From: Acidobacteriaceae bacterium
GTDB lineage: Bacteria > Acidobacteriota > Terriglobia > Terriglobales > Acidobacteriaceae
Direction: 5' to 3'
DNA: 43,176 bases
NCBI GenBank assembly: GCA_039934875.1
Contig: JBDTLH010000194.1
Span: 1 to 43,176, forward strand
In this document: positions 1 through 8,978 of the stretch, piece after piece
Position numbering within the stretch: position 1 is the stretch's first letter
Layout of the letters: each line of letters begins with the position of its first letter
Translations under genes and position numbers: made by a program
The notes under the pieces: model-generated
The model's input: only the letters and a program-made list of their open reading frames with translations
Databases searched by the model: none
What the model was told of the DNA's origin: nothing

Positions 1-213
1 GTTCGCGAATTCGGAGATGGCGGCGCAGGGCACACTCTAGTATCCCGCATTGGGAGCCGATGGAACGGGAACAAAGATACCGCAACTCGCTTCGCTGGCT
101 TAGGAAGCGCCAAACGAGCGACGAGTATGCCAGTGCTGTGAGCAGCACTCGAAGTGGGAGAGCCATCTAAACATGCAGAAAATTACCAGCAGATATTGAG
201 ATGAAAGGCGAGT

Positions 214-1665
214 ATGCAGTGCAAGGCGTGCGGGGCGGAGAATCCCCAACAGAACCGATTTTGCGGGATGTGCGGCGCGACGCTGGAGCGGCGGGCGAAG
301 TTGCAGGCGAATGGCTACTTCAGCGATCGCTCAGGGAGCGAGCCGGTGCTGAAGCAGGAGTTTTCCGCTCCGGATGCGAGTGCCGCGGGAGTTGCGCCGA
401 TAGCGATGACGCAGGCGGAGACTCGCAACATTGAAAGCCGGGCGCCGGAAGCGGAGGCCAGAGTCGAGCCTGCACCAATCGCGCCGGTGGCTCCGGTGGA
501 GGTAGCTTCCCAGCCGGTTGCCACGCGGCTTCCGTCGCCCGCTTCCGTTCCCGTTCCCGTTCCAGTTCCCGTTCCAGTTCAGGTGATAGAAGAATCGTCA
601 GGGAGCGCGCCAGTAACGGAGCTTCGGGAGATTCCCGAGATCCGAGAGACGCCGAAGGTGCAAGAGACTCCCGCCCCCAAGGAGCGGGTGGTAGCGGCAC
701 GGGAGACTGCGCCGGTGTTTACAGCGGGATCGTCGCTGCTGGGATTGGGCGGAGAGGTCGCCCCGCTGCAAATGTCGATCCCTGGAGCGGCCGAGGGGGA
801 GGGAAGTTATTTGTTGGTGGAGGAGCCGCGAAGGACAGTGTCGTGGCGGGCTTGGGCGCTGCTGCTCATCCTGCTTGCGTTGGCGGGGCTGGGATGGAGC
901 CAATGGTATGCCAGCCATTATCACCGCCGTCCGGACTTGATGAAGATATTTGAGAAGTCAGGGGAAGAGAACGCTCAAAAAGCCGCGCCAGCTTCGACCT
1001 CCGCTGAGCAGCCGGAGGCCAAGCCCGCGGAGAATAATGGGACGACGGCCAGCAGTCCGGCGCCACAGGCAACGAGCGGAGAGCCGCCGAGTGCTGCGCC
1101 GGAGAGCCAAAAACCAGCAACGGCCGCGCCCAGCGCGACTTCACCGGCGGTGACCGGCGGTGCGGCGGCGGCGGCTCCGAATGCGAATGCGGGGGGCCAG
1201 AGTGCGGCGACGCCGGCGCCAGTTCCAGTCTCGCCGTCATCGGCCCCGGCCAAGCGCAGTGAAACCGCGGCATCGGGCGAAACCGAGCATGCGCCTGCCG
1301 CCGATTCTAAGGCGGTGAAGCCCAGCGAAAAGCAGACGCCGAAAAAAGTGGCTGAGGCGGAGCCCGCGCCGAAGTACGATCAGGACCCGATGCTGTTGCG
1401 GGCGCAACAGTATATTCACGGGCGTCCGCAAAACTGCGAAATGGGAATGAATTATTTGAAGTCGGCGGCGGAGAGCAATCCCGCGGCGCAGATCCAGATG
1501 GCTGCACTGTATGAGAGCGGAGTGTGCGTGCACCTGGACCGGGCGCAGGCGTATCACTGGTTCAGCCGCGCGCAACAGCTTGATCCGCATAACATGTGGC
1601 TGGAAAAAAGCCGCAGCCAGTTGTGGGCGAACATGACCCCGGCGGAGCGGGCGAGAGCGCAGTAG
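214..1665 (+). CDS. zinc-ribbon / Sel1-like repeat membrane protein (function unknown)
   Basis: 483-aa ORF. N-terminal CxxC...CxxC zinc ribbon (MQCKACGAENPQQNRFCGMCG). Long Pro/Ala-rich low-complexity linker. One hydrophobic segment (WRAWALLLILLALAGLGW). C-terminal Sel1/TPR-like repeat (AAQIQMAALYESGVCVHLDRAQAYHWFSRAQQLDP). Confidence 0.7.
   Translation: MQCKACGAENPQQNRFCGMCGATLERRAKLQANGYFSDRSGSEPVLKQEFSAPDASAAGVAPIAMTQAETRNIESRAPEAEARVEPAPIAPVAPVEVASQPVATRLPSPASVPVPVPVPVPVQVIEESSGSAPVTELREIPEIRETPKVQETPAPKERVVAARETAPVFTAGSSLLGLGGEVAPLQMSIPGAAEGEGSYLLVEEPRRTVSWRAWALLLILLALAGLGWSQWYASHYHRRPDLMKIFEKSGEENAQKAAPASTSAEQPEAKPAENNGTTASSPAPQATSGEPPSAAPESQKPATAAPSATSPAVTGGAAAAAPNANAGGQSAATPAPVPVSPSSAPAKRSETAASGETEHAPAADSKAVKPSEKQTPKKVAEAEPAPKYDQDPMLLRAQQYIHGRPQNCEMGMNYLKSAAESNPAAQIQMAALYESGVCVHLDRAQAYHWFSRAQQLDPHNMWLEKSRSQLWANMTPAERARAQ
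541..582 (+). repeat. hexanucleotide (GTTCCN)n array encoding (VP)n inside the zinc-ribbon protein gene
   Basis: Direct reading: gttccc gttccc gttcca gttccc gttcca gttcag, in frame, translating to SVPVPVPVPVPVQV. Confidence 0.85.
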
Positions 1666-1703
1666 AACAGAGCGCAGCGGTCAGAAGTCACGGGTCAGGA
1701 CAA

Positions 1704-2972
1704 CTAGCCGACGACTGCGGCGTTCGCGCTCAGCCTGGGCTGTGGGTAGAGCGTCGTCAGAAACGCCATTCCATAGATCGCCCCAATCACTCCCGCCGCC
1801 AGGGTAAGGCTGATGCGATGCGCAATCGCTCCCACTCCCAGCGCGAGCGCGATCTGCATCAGCGTCCCCAGAAAATAAAAGATGTTCTGCACCCTGCCCA
1901 TCAGGTGCTTGGGCACCTGCTCCATAAACTCGCTGCTGATGGCAATGCCGGCGATGCCGCGTCCCAGTCCGGCGAAAAACCACACCAGCACGGCGAGCCC
2001 CAGCCAGCGAGAAAAAGGGGCGACTGCCATCGAAATCGCGAGCATTGCCATGGCTCCGCTGGTCACGCGCTGCGGGCCCGCTCGCCCAATCACTCGGATG
2101 GCAACCAGCGCGCTGGCGAACGCTCCGATGCCCCAGCCCATGTTCAGCCATCCGAACCCCACCGCTCCCGCGTGCAGGATGCGCTCGCTGATGGGCGCGG
2201 TAATCACGTTCTGCGAGATCATCGCGCTAAGAAACAACGACCAGCACAGTCCGATGGCAATGAACGCCGGATATCGCTTGAGGTAAGCAAACCCCTCGCG
2301 CAGCTCATCCAAGAAGCGCGCAACGGTCGACATGCGCAAGGGATCTCCCTGCTCCGCCTGGTTCAAAATCGCCGCCGCCGGCATTAACACGACTTGCCGG
2401 CCACGCCGCACCAGCAGAAAACAACTGAAGCTGAAGACATAACTGCACGCATCGATCACCAGCACTCCACCCAGGCCGATGTGGTCGTATATAAATCCCA
2501 CCAACGCCCCGGAAATCAGAAATCCCCCCTGGATTCCCGCCATCAGCAGCGTGTTCGACTGCACAAACTTCTCCGCCGGCGTCAACTCCTGGATCAGTGC
2601 ATTGATGGTCGGCCAGAACATCCAGAAGCCCAGCGCCACGCTCACATACATCGCATAGACTTGCCAGACATGCACCCGGTGGGTCAGCGCCAGCCCGGCC
2701 ACCACCGCAATAATCACCAGCCGCGACGCATCCAGTATCATCACCACATGCCGCCGGTCATTGCGGTCGATCAGCACTCCGCTGAAGGGCAGCATGAGCA
2801 GCGCGGGAATACTTTGCAGCATCATCAGCAGCCCCAGTGACGCCTCCGAGTGCGTCGCCTGCAGGATGTACCAGATCACCGCCGCCGAATTCATCCCGCT
2901 CCCCGCCATCGAGACCAGGTTGGCGAGAAAGATCAGCTTCAGTCCGCGGGGTGTGGAAGCAAACAGCGCCAT
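1704..2972 (-). CDS. MFS transporter (EntS/MFS_3-like)
   Basis: 422-aa ORF, hydrophobic throughout with about 12 predicted TM segments. N-terminus LIFLANLVSMAGSGMNSAAVIWYIL and a DRxDRR loop (LIDRNDRRHV) are typical of this MFS subfamily. Lies 90 nt downstream of the eps operon on the same strand. Confidence 0.8.
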   Translation of the reverse strand: MALFASTPRGLKLIFLANLVSMAGSGMNSAAVIWYILQATHSEASLGLLMMLQSIPALLMLPFSGVLIDRNDRRHVVMILDASRLVIIAVVAGLALTHRVHVWQVYAMYVSVALGFWMFWPTINALIQELTPAEKFVQSNTLLMAGIQGGFLISGALVGFIYDHIGLGGVLVIDACSYVFSFSCFLLVRRGRQVVLMPAAAILNQAEQGDPLRMSTVARFLDELREGFAYLKRYPAFIAIGLCWSLFLSAMISQNVITAPISERILHAGAVGFGWLNMGWGIGAFASALVAIRVIGRAGPQRVTSGAMAMLAISMAVAPFSRWLGLAVLVWFFAGLGRGIAGIAISSEFMEQVPKHLMGRVQNIFYFLGTLMQIALALGVGAIAHRISLTLAAGVIGAIYGMAFLTTLYPQPRLSANAAVVG

Positions 2973-3062
2973 GGCTCTATTTCAACACGAGTCTCTGGAT
3001 TAAGGGCAGTGTGCCCGCGGTCGCGCGACCTCTGGTTCGGACCACGCCCGGCGGAAAGCGCT

Positions 3063-4253
3063 TCAATTTCCGCCGGCGGCTTCGGCTTTAATTCTGGCCT
3101 GTGGCGCAATGTGGGTCTTGCTCCACAAGCTCTTCCATAGCGGGCGGGGAGAAAACAAATATTGGTAGAAGCCGACCACTACCGCGAGGTTGAGCATGCA
3201 AAACGCGTGCGCCACACCCGCCAGCTTGCGAGCTGGCGCAAAATTCAGTCTTCCGCCTAAGAGCGCAGCCGCATAGAAGGCGAGTTGCAGAAGCGTGATC
3301 GCCTGAAAAAATGTGGAACGCGCGACCACCGCCATCCATGCGGAAGAGAGCAGCGCGATTACGAGTAGCAGCGGAACTAGCAGGCGAAGCAGCTTGTGGC
3401 TTACAAACTGGAACCACAGCCGATTGGAGGGGCCGAGCAGCCACGGTGCGAGTTCCACGAGTTGGAAGTTGCCGGCTAGGGTGCGCACCTTGCGACGGAA
3501 CTCGTCCGCTGAAGCATTCGGCCAGTTGTCATAGACCTTCGCCTCGGGATCGAGCACCGAGCGGTAGCCCTGGCGCACGATGCTGAGGGGCTGGTACATA
3601 TCATCGAGGATAGTGCCCGCCGGCAAGGCGGTAATCAGGCTGCGGCGAGCCGCATAAAATCCACCGTAAACGCCGAGCGGAGAGTCGAAGCGGGCCTCGC
3701 AATCGCGGATCCACTGCTCGTATTTCCAATACAAGCCGCCGACCGCTTCCGCGCCGGCGTCCCGGTTGCCCGTAGAGACGATCAGTTCTCCGGCTACGCA
3801 ACCGACCCCCGGGTCGGCGAAATTGCGCATCAGTCTGGTTACCGACTGGTCGCCCAGCCAGGGGCGGAGATCAACGAAGAGAACGATATCGCCGGTAGCC
3901 ATCTCCAGTCCGCGATTGAGCGCCACGGCTTTCCCGCTCTGCTCCTCAAGCACAATGCATTTGCATTTGGGGTGGCTCTGGGCGCGGAGAATGGCGTTGG
4001 TTTCGTCGCTGGACCCGTCGGAGACGGAGATGATTTCGACCAGGTTTGGATACTCGAGCGCCAGCAGGTGTTCGAGCTTCTTCTTGAGCAGCGGCGCGCC
4101 ATTGAAGACCGCCATGACGATGCTGACGCCGGGAAGGCATTCTGCTTGTCGCCAGTGGCGGGGCCGAAGATAGGCGCCCAGCCAGATAGCAAGAGGATAG
4201 CCCGCGTAGGTATAAAGCACCAGCGCAACCGCACCCCAGAAAGCTGCAATCAC
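3063..4253 (-). CDS. family 2 glycosyltransferase, membrane-associated
   Basis: 396 aa. GT2 core VSIVMAVFNGAPLL...ISVSDGSSDETN...IVLFVDLRP (DxD-like), flanked by N- and C-terminal TM helices. The GTG start overlaps the stop of the upstream sugar transferase (GTGA at 4250-4253). Confidence 0.8.
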   Translation of the reverse strand: MIAAFWGAVALVLYTYAGYPLAIWLGAYLRPRHWRQAECLPGVSIVMAVFNGAPLLKKKLEHLLALEYPNLVEIISVSDGSSDETNAILRAQSHPKCKCIVLEEQSGKAVALNRGLEMATGDIVLFVDLRPWLGDQSVTRLMRNFADPGVGCVAGELIVSTGNRDAGAEAVGGLYWKYEQWIRDCEARFDSPLGVYGGFYAARRSLITALPAGTILDDMYQPLSIVRQGYRSVLDPEAKVYDNWPNASADEFRRKVRTLAGNFQLVELAPWLLGPSNRLWFQFVSHKLLRLLVPLLLVIALLSSAWMAVVARSTFFQAITLLQLAFYAAALLGGRLNFAPARKLAGVAHAFCMLNLAVVVGFYQYLFSPRPLWKSLWSKTHIAPQARIKAEAAGGN

Positions 4254-5632
4254 TGCGAGCCCTTGCGCAACAGGATGGTCTTGACCGTCTCAAAGATGAT
4301 AAGCAGGTCGAGCGGGATCGACATGTGCTTGATGTAGTAGAGATCGTATTCAAGCTTCTGTTTAGTCTCTTCGAGGGTCGCCCCGTAGCCATAACGCACC
4401 TGCGCCCAGCCGGTGAGTCCGGGGCGGATGATGTGGCGAAGATTGTAGTACGGGATCTGCTCAGTGAGCCATTGGACGAACTCGGGGCGTTCCGGACGGG
4501 GGCCGACGAATCCCATGTCGCCGATGAGCACGTTCCAGAGCTGGGGGATTTCATCGAGCCGGGTCTTGCGCATGAAGATGCCGACCGGAGTCACTCGGGG
4601 GTCCGTTTTAGTGGCCCAGACCGCGCCGGTCTTAGCTTCAGCGTCCTGGCGCATGGTGCGAAACTTGAGCACGGTGAAGGGTTCGCCGCGCACGCCCACG
4701 CGCTCCTGGCGAAAGAAGATGGGGCCAGGGGAGGACCAGCGCACCGCCAGGGCGAGCAGGGGAATAATGGGCAGCACCAATATCAATCCCGTGGTCGCAA
4801 CCAGGATGGAAACCATGCGCCGGGCCAGCAACAGCGAAGTGCGAATGCGAAAGCCTTCGGAGAAGATGAGTGCGCTGGGATAGAGGCCGTCCAACTGGAT
4901 CTTGCCGGAGATGCGCTCCAGCAGGGTGCTGGCGTCTTCCACCTTTATCCCGGCCAGGCGAAGGTCGAGCAGTTCGCGCACCGGCATGCGTCCGCGGCGG
5001 TCTTGCATGGCGATAATGACCCGATCGATCTTGGGGACGGCCGTGCGCAGGTCCAGCAGTTCGGCGGCCAGCTCTTCGCGCACCGACTGTTCAGTCTCGA
5101 CGCGCCCCTGCCAGCCGACCACGTACATGCCAAGATCGCCGCGCTGGTTGATCGCGTCCACCATTCTTTGCGCGCGCTCGCCCTGCCCCAGCACGTAAAC
5201 GTGCTCGCGGAAAATCGCTTGTCCCAGCACCCATTCATACGCGCTGCGCCAGGCCAGGACCGCGACCGTAAGAATAATAAGTCCGACAAATAATACATTT
5301 TGCCCGATGTTGAAGTCGGGATAGGCGTAAACGACCGCGGAGAGCAGCATCGAGAGCACGCCGATGACGATCATCAGGCGGAAGTAGATCTCGAAGCGCG
5401 AGGACATGCGCTGCGGAGCGTAGAGGTCGAAATAATACGAGCAGAGAATGGTGAGCGCCGTGACGGCAAGGATCTTCAGCGCGCCGCCCTCATAATTCAG
5501 CGCGAGATAAGCGTCGGGAAATCCCAGGAGAATGAAGGCAGCGAGAAAAAAAGACCCGCTCACGATCATCGCCTCGCAAAACAACAGGACTATCGTGCGA
5601 GTCGGGTAATAGACATTGAACAGCCGAACCAT
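4250..5632 (-). CDS. exopolysaccharide polyprenyl glycosylphosphotransferase (WbaP/EpsB-like priming sugar transferase)
   Basis: 460 aa. Four or five N-terminal TM helices, then the C-terminal bacterial sugar transferase domain (FTVLKFRTM, DEIPQLWNVLIGDMGFVGPRPERPEF, PGLTGWAQV). Confidence 0.9.
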   Translation of the reverse strand: MVRLFNVYYPTRTIVLLFCEAMIVSGSFFLAAFILLGFPDAYLALNYEGGALKILAVTALTILCSYYFDLYAPQRMSSRFEIYFRLMIVIGVLSMLLSAVVYAYPDFNIGQNVLFVGLIILTVAVLAWRSAYEWVLGQAIFREHVYVLGQGERAQRMVDAINQRGDLGMYVVGWQGRVETEQSVREELAAELLDLRTAVPKIDRVIIAMQDRRGRMPVRELLDLRLAGIKVEDASTLLERISGKIQLDGLYPSALIFSEGFRIRTSLLLARRMVSILVATTGLILVLPIIPLLALAVRWSSPGPIFFRQERVGVRGEPFTVLKFRTMRQDAEAKTGAVWATKTDPRVTPVGIFMRKTRLDEIPQLWNVLIGDMGFVGPRPERPEFVQWLTEQIPYYNLRHIIRPGLTGWAQVRYGYGATLEETKQKLEYDLYYIKHMSIPLDLLIIFETVKTILLRKGSQ

Positions 5633-6532
5633 CTATTCCGCTCCGGCTGCTTGTGCCTTTGCGCTCGAAGATGCCGTTAGCGAGTACCCATACTTTTTGT
5701 TGTAGTAGCCATAACCGGAGCTAGACTTCATATTCGGCACCGCATTCAATACAAAACCTATCACTCGGGTGTTCTTGAATTCCTTCTGCGCCTTCTGGGC
5801 GATATCGAACGGCGTCTGGGCGGCGCGCGCCACCAGCAATACTCCATCACAAGCACGGGCCAGATTGACCGCATCCGATACCGGCACCACCGGCGAGGAG
5901 TCGGTCACGATCCAGTCAAATTCGTTGCTCAGCGAGCGGACCAACTCTTCGATGTAATAGTTGCCCGCAAGTTCCGCGGCATTTTCCACCGGAGTGCCGG
6001 CCGGGATGAACGACAGATTAGAGATGTTGCCGCGTTGTACAATCTGCGCCGCCGTTGTCTTGCCTGCGAGGTAATCCGAGAGGCCGGGCGAAGACGGGGC
6101 CCCCAGGACAGTATGTAAGCTCGGCTTGCGCAGATCTCCGTCGATCAGCAGCACGCGGCAGTCCTGGTGGCGCGCCAGGCTGATCGCCAGGTTAGACGCG
6201 ATGAACGACTTACCCTCTCCGGGAAGTCCGCTGGTCACCAGCAGCGACTTGATCGGTTGCGAATCACGGAACTGATACAGCCGGGAGCGGAGGCGGCGGA
6301 ACTCCTCCGCGCCCGCATCGAAGCCGACCAGGGCCGGCAGCTTCTTCAGGTTCGGGTTCCAGTTGATGGCCGAGACAGCGCCCGTTATCATCGAGCGGCG
6401 CACTTCCGCAAGTGCGTCGATAGCCGGCGCTGGTGCGGAGGGTGTGGCCACAGTCGCGGGAGAGGACGTTGCTTCGCCAAGGTTCTGCTTTTCTTCCTCG
6501 GCCTTTCTTAGGGCGTCATAGATACGGCTCAT
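5633..6532 (-). CDS. BY-kinase-type tyrosine autokinase / chain-length regulator ATPase (CpsD/CapB-like, PEP-CTERM locus type)
   Basis: 299 aa. Walker A SGLPGEGKS, Walker A' LLIDGDLRKP, Walker B WIVTDSSP. C-terminal tyrosine cluster SGYGYYNKKYGYS. ATGA overlap with the upstream ATPase gene. Confidence 0.85.
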   Translation of the reverse strand: MSRIYDALRKAEEEKQNLGEATSSPATVATPSAPAPAIDALAEVRRSMITGAVSAINWNPNLKKLPALVGFDAGAEEFRRLRSRLYQFRDSQPIKSLLVTSGLPGEGKSFIASNLAISLARHQDCRVLLIDGDLRKPSLHTVLGAPSSPGLSDYLAGKTTAAQIVQRGNISNLSFIPAGTPVENAAELAGNYYIEELVRSLSNEFDWIVTDSSPVVPVSDAVNLARACDGVLLVARAAQTPFDIAQKAQKEFKNTRVIGFVLNAVPNMKSSSGYGYYNKKYGYSLTASSSAKAQAAGAE

Positions 6533-7446
6533 GCTGTTTGTTCCTTAGTTTTAGCTGCGATCAGTTGAGGTTCGGGTAAATCGTCCCTGTGCGCCGCGCG
6601 CCGGGCGACATCTTTCATGAGCACGATGGGGGCGCTATCCAGTTCGAAATCGTTGGCGACGCTTTCCACAATGTGGGCGGGGACCGGCTTGATCTGCTCC
6701 GCGTATGCTCCCATCATCGAATGCTCGGCCAGCAGGTTAATAAGGCGGGGGATGCCTCGCGAAAATTTGAAGATCGCCTGGACCGCTTCGGGGTGAAATA
6801 ACGGTCCTACGGCCCCAGCGACGCGCAGACGCTCCTGCATGTAGGAGAAAGTCTCAGCGCTGGTCAGAGGGCGGGTGCGGGACCATAGATTAATGCGTTG
6901 GCGAAGCTGCCTCACCCCGACTTCCCGCAGCTTCTCTTCGAGCTCGGGCTGGCCAGAGAGCACGATCTGCACCAGTTTTTCAGTTGCGGTTTCGAGGTTG
7001 GTGAGCAAGCGGATCTCTTCCAGCAACTCGGAGGTCAGGTTCTGCGCCTCATCAATCACAATCACCGCCGTCTGCCCCGCGCGATAGCGCCCCAGCAGCC
7101 AATGATTGAGCGAGATCAACATCTGAGATTTGGTCCGCACCGGCACCGGAATGCCGAAGTCGGTGAGCACGAACTCGAGAAAATCCAGGGTGTCGAGGCG
7201 CGGGTTGAAGATGAAGGCCGTCGAAATCTCCGGCCCATCAAAGGAGCTGAGCGCGGTTTTGAGCAGAGTAGTCTTGCCCGTTCCCACTTCTCCGGTAAGC
7301 ACGACAAATCCTTTACGGGCGCGGATACCATACTGCAGGCAAGCCAGAGCTTCCCTGACGTGAGGCATCATGTAGAGGAACTTCGGATCGGGATTGACTC
7401 CGAACGGGACCTCCTTCAGCCCAAAAAATTTGTCGTAAACGCTCAT
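6529..7446 (-). CDS. ExeA-like AAA ATPase (PEP-CTERM-locus putative secretion ATPase)
   Basis: P-loop VLTGEVGTGKTTLL and Walker B VIVIDEAQNL give an ExeA/GspA-like architecture. The ORF track starts at 7491. I prefer the ATG at 7446 (MSVYDKFFGL), which forms an ATGA overlap with the Wzz-like stop at 7443-7445. Confidence 0.8.
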   Translation of the reverse strand: MSVYDKFFGLKEVPFGVNPDPKFLYMMPHVREALACLQYGIRARKGFVVLTGEVGTGKTTLLKTALSSFDGPEISTAFIFNPRLDTLDFLEFVLTDFGIPVPVRTKSQMLISLNHWLLGRYRAGQTAVIVIDEAQNLTSELLEEIRLLTNLETATEKLVQIVLSGQPELEEKLREVGVRQLRQRINLWSRTRPLTSAETFSYMQERLRVAGAVGPLFHPEAVQAIFKFSRGIPRLINLLAEHSMMGAYAEQIKPVPAHIVESVANDFELDSAPIVLMKDVARRAAHRDDLPEPQLIAAKTKEQTA

Positions 7447-8972
7447 CCCTGCACGCCTGCGTATTCGTGGTGCTTGCTCTTGCGGAACCAACCAAAGAGC
7501 CGGCGCTTCGGCGCCTCCAACGTCGCGGAGATGACCGGGATGGTGCCCAGCGTGGGCAGTTTGGTGAAAGCAAAGATATCGCGTTCATTCCGGACGGAGC
7601 GGTCACGGTATTCGAGAAATGCCGCCAGCATGATGCCCATCATGATCCCCAGCACCACGCCCGCGCCCAAAAATATTCTCAGGTCAGGGAAGGTGGGGCT
7701 GTCCGGCAGATTGGGAGGATCAATCACGCGGAACTGCTCGCCCTGCTGCTTCTTCTCGAGGTCGCCCGCCATCTCCGAGTGGTTCCTTTTTTCCAGCAGG
7801 TCGTTGTAGTTCTGCAACGCGGTGGTATAGCCGCGCGAGAGCTCATTCAACTGCCCCTGCACTCCCGGGCTCGACTGGACCCGCTTCTGATACTCGACGA
7901 TACGTTGCTTAAGCTGCTCCTGCTGCATTTTCTTGTCATCCAGGGCACGGTTGGCGGCCTGCAACTGGGCCCGCATCTGCGCCATTGCCGGGGCCTCTTT
8001 GACCTTTGCGCCCGTACCAGGGGCCGCAGGCGGAGCGGCCTTCGCGTCTGCGATCTTCTTCTTCTGGGTTTCAATGTCCCGCTTGAGCCTGGCGACATCG
8101 GGATAATCCGGGGCATATCGGCTCTCCATGTCGGATTCGGCGGCCACCATCTTGTCGAGTTGGGTTTGCAGATCGGCGAGCGATTGGCCCGAGCCATCCG
8201 ATTTGCCGCTGACGGCGGCATCCTGGGCGGTCTGCGCGAGCATGGTATCGAGGTAGAGCCGGTTCTGCTGCAATTGCGCGATGTTCTGCGTGGTGGCGTC
8301 CAACTGCGTGCTGAGGGTTTGCAGAATAGTCAAATTGTTCTGTGAGTTGACCGGCATCTCCCCGAAGTGCGCGCGTTGGAAGGCGGCCAGCTTAGTGTCC
8401 TGCTCGTCCAGGGCAGCCTTGGCGTTATCCAACTGGCCGCTCACGAAATCCACCGTGCCTTGCACTGCCGCTTGCTGGCGGCGCAGATTTTCGCTGAGGA
8501 ACAGGGAGGTGATCTCCCCGCAAACCTGCTGCGCCGTGTTGGCGGTATCCGAGGTGAAGCTGATGGTAAAACCGGGCATGCCGTTCACCCGGGTCACCAG
8601 CTCGGACTTGATGGGCTGCACGATGATGGCTTTGCGCATCAGGTCAAGCTTATCGTCCATGGTAATGTGCTGGCTCGCGTAAAGCTGGAAACGGGTAATG
8701 ATCGGCTCCAGCCGGGTGCGGCTGTAAATCTGCTCTTTAAGCGAGGCGAGGCGGCCGTTCAAATCTTCGGTGGTGACCGGCTTGACGTAATCGTCGGGTA
8801 CCCTCTTCTGCTCAATCAGCACCAGCGTCGTGGACACAAAACGCGGGGGAACGATCTTCGCCGTGACCCACGCCAGCAGGGGAACGATCAACAGGGGAAG
8901 CAGGATGACCCAGCGGCGCCGCCGCAGGATATCAATATAGTCTTCAACGACGAGTTCTCTATGACCAAGCAT
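7443..8972 (-). CDS. polysaccharide chain length determinant protein (Wzz/GumC-like, PEP-CTERM locus type)
   Basis: 509 aa. N-terminal Wzz motif with TM (DYIDILRRRRWVILLPLLIVPLLAW). Long coiled-coil periplasmic region. Second TM near the C-terminus (IFLGAGVVLGIMMGIMLAAF). Confidence 0.8.
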   Translation of the reverse strand: MLGHRELVVEDYIDILRRRRWVILLPLLIVPLLAWVTAKIVPPRFVSTTLVLIEQKRVPDDYVKPVTTEDLNGRLASLKEQIYSRTRLEPIITRFQLYASQHITMDDKLDLMRKAIIVQPIKSELVTRVNGMPGFTISFTSDTANTAQQVCGEITSLFLSENLRRQQAAVQGTVDFVSGQLDNAKAALDEQDTKLAAFQRAHFGEMPVNSQNNLTILQTLSTQLDATTQNIAQLQQNRLYLDTMLAQTAQDAAVSGKSDGSGQSLADLQTQLDKMVAAESDMESRYAPDYPDVARLKRDIETQKKKIADAKAAPPAAPGTGAKVKEAPAMAQMRAQLQAANRALDDKKMQQEQLKQRIVEYQKRVQSSPGVQGQLNELSRGYTTALQNYNDLLEKRNHSEMAGDLEKKQQGEQFRVIDPPNLPDSPTFPDLRIFLGAGVVLGIMMGIMLAAFLEYRDRSVRNERDIFAFTKLPTLGTIPVISATLEAPKRRLFGWFRKSKHHEYAGVQG

Positions 8973-8978
8973 GTTTAG

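Noticed and set aside
132-149. Hairpin AGTGCTG-tgag-CAGCACT near the left edge as a terminator.
   Set aside because: No T-tract follows it, and the upstream gene is outside the window, so it cannot be assigned.
1596-2387. Long antisense or out-of-frame ORFs such as 1596-2387(+), 6898-7809(+), 18716-19549(-), 23074-24201(+), 24674-25540(+), 37067-37882(-) and 39899-40771(+).
   Set aside because: All of them overlap strongly supported genes on the opposite strand or in another frame. Their Arg/His/Gly/Pro-rich, motif-less translations are typical of shadow ORFs in high-GC DNA.
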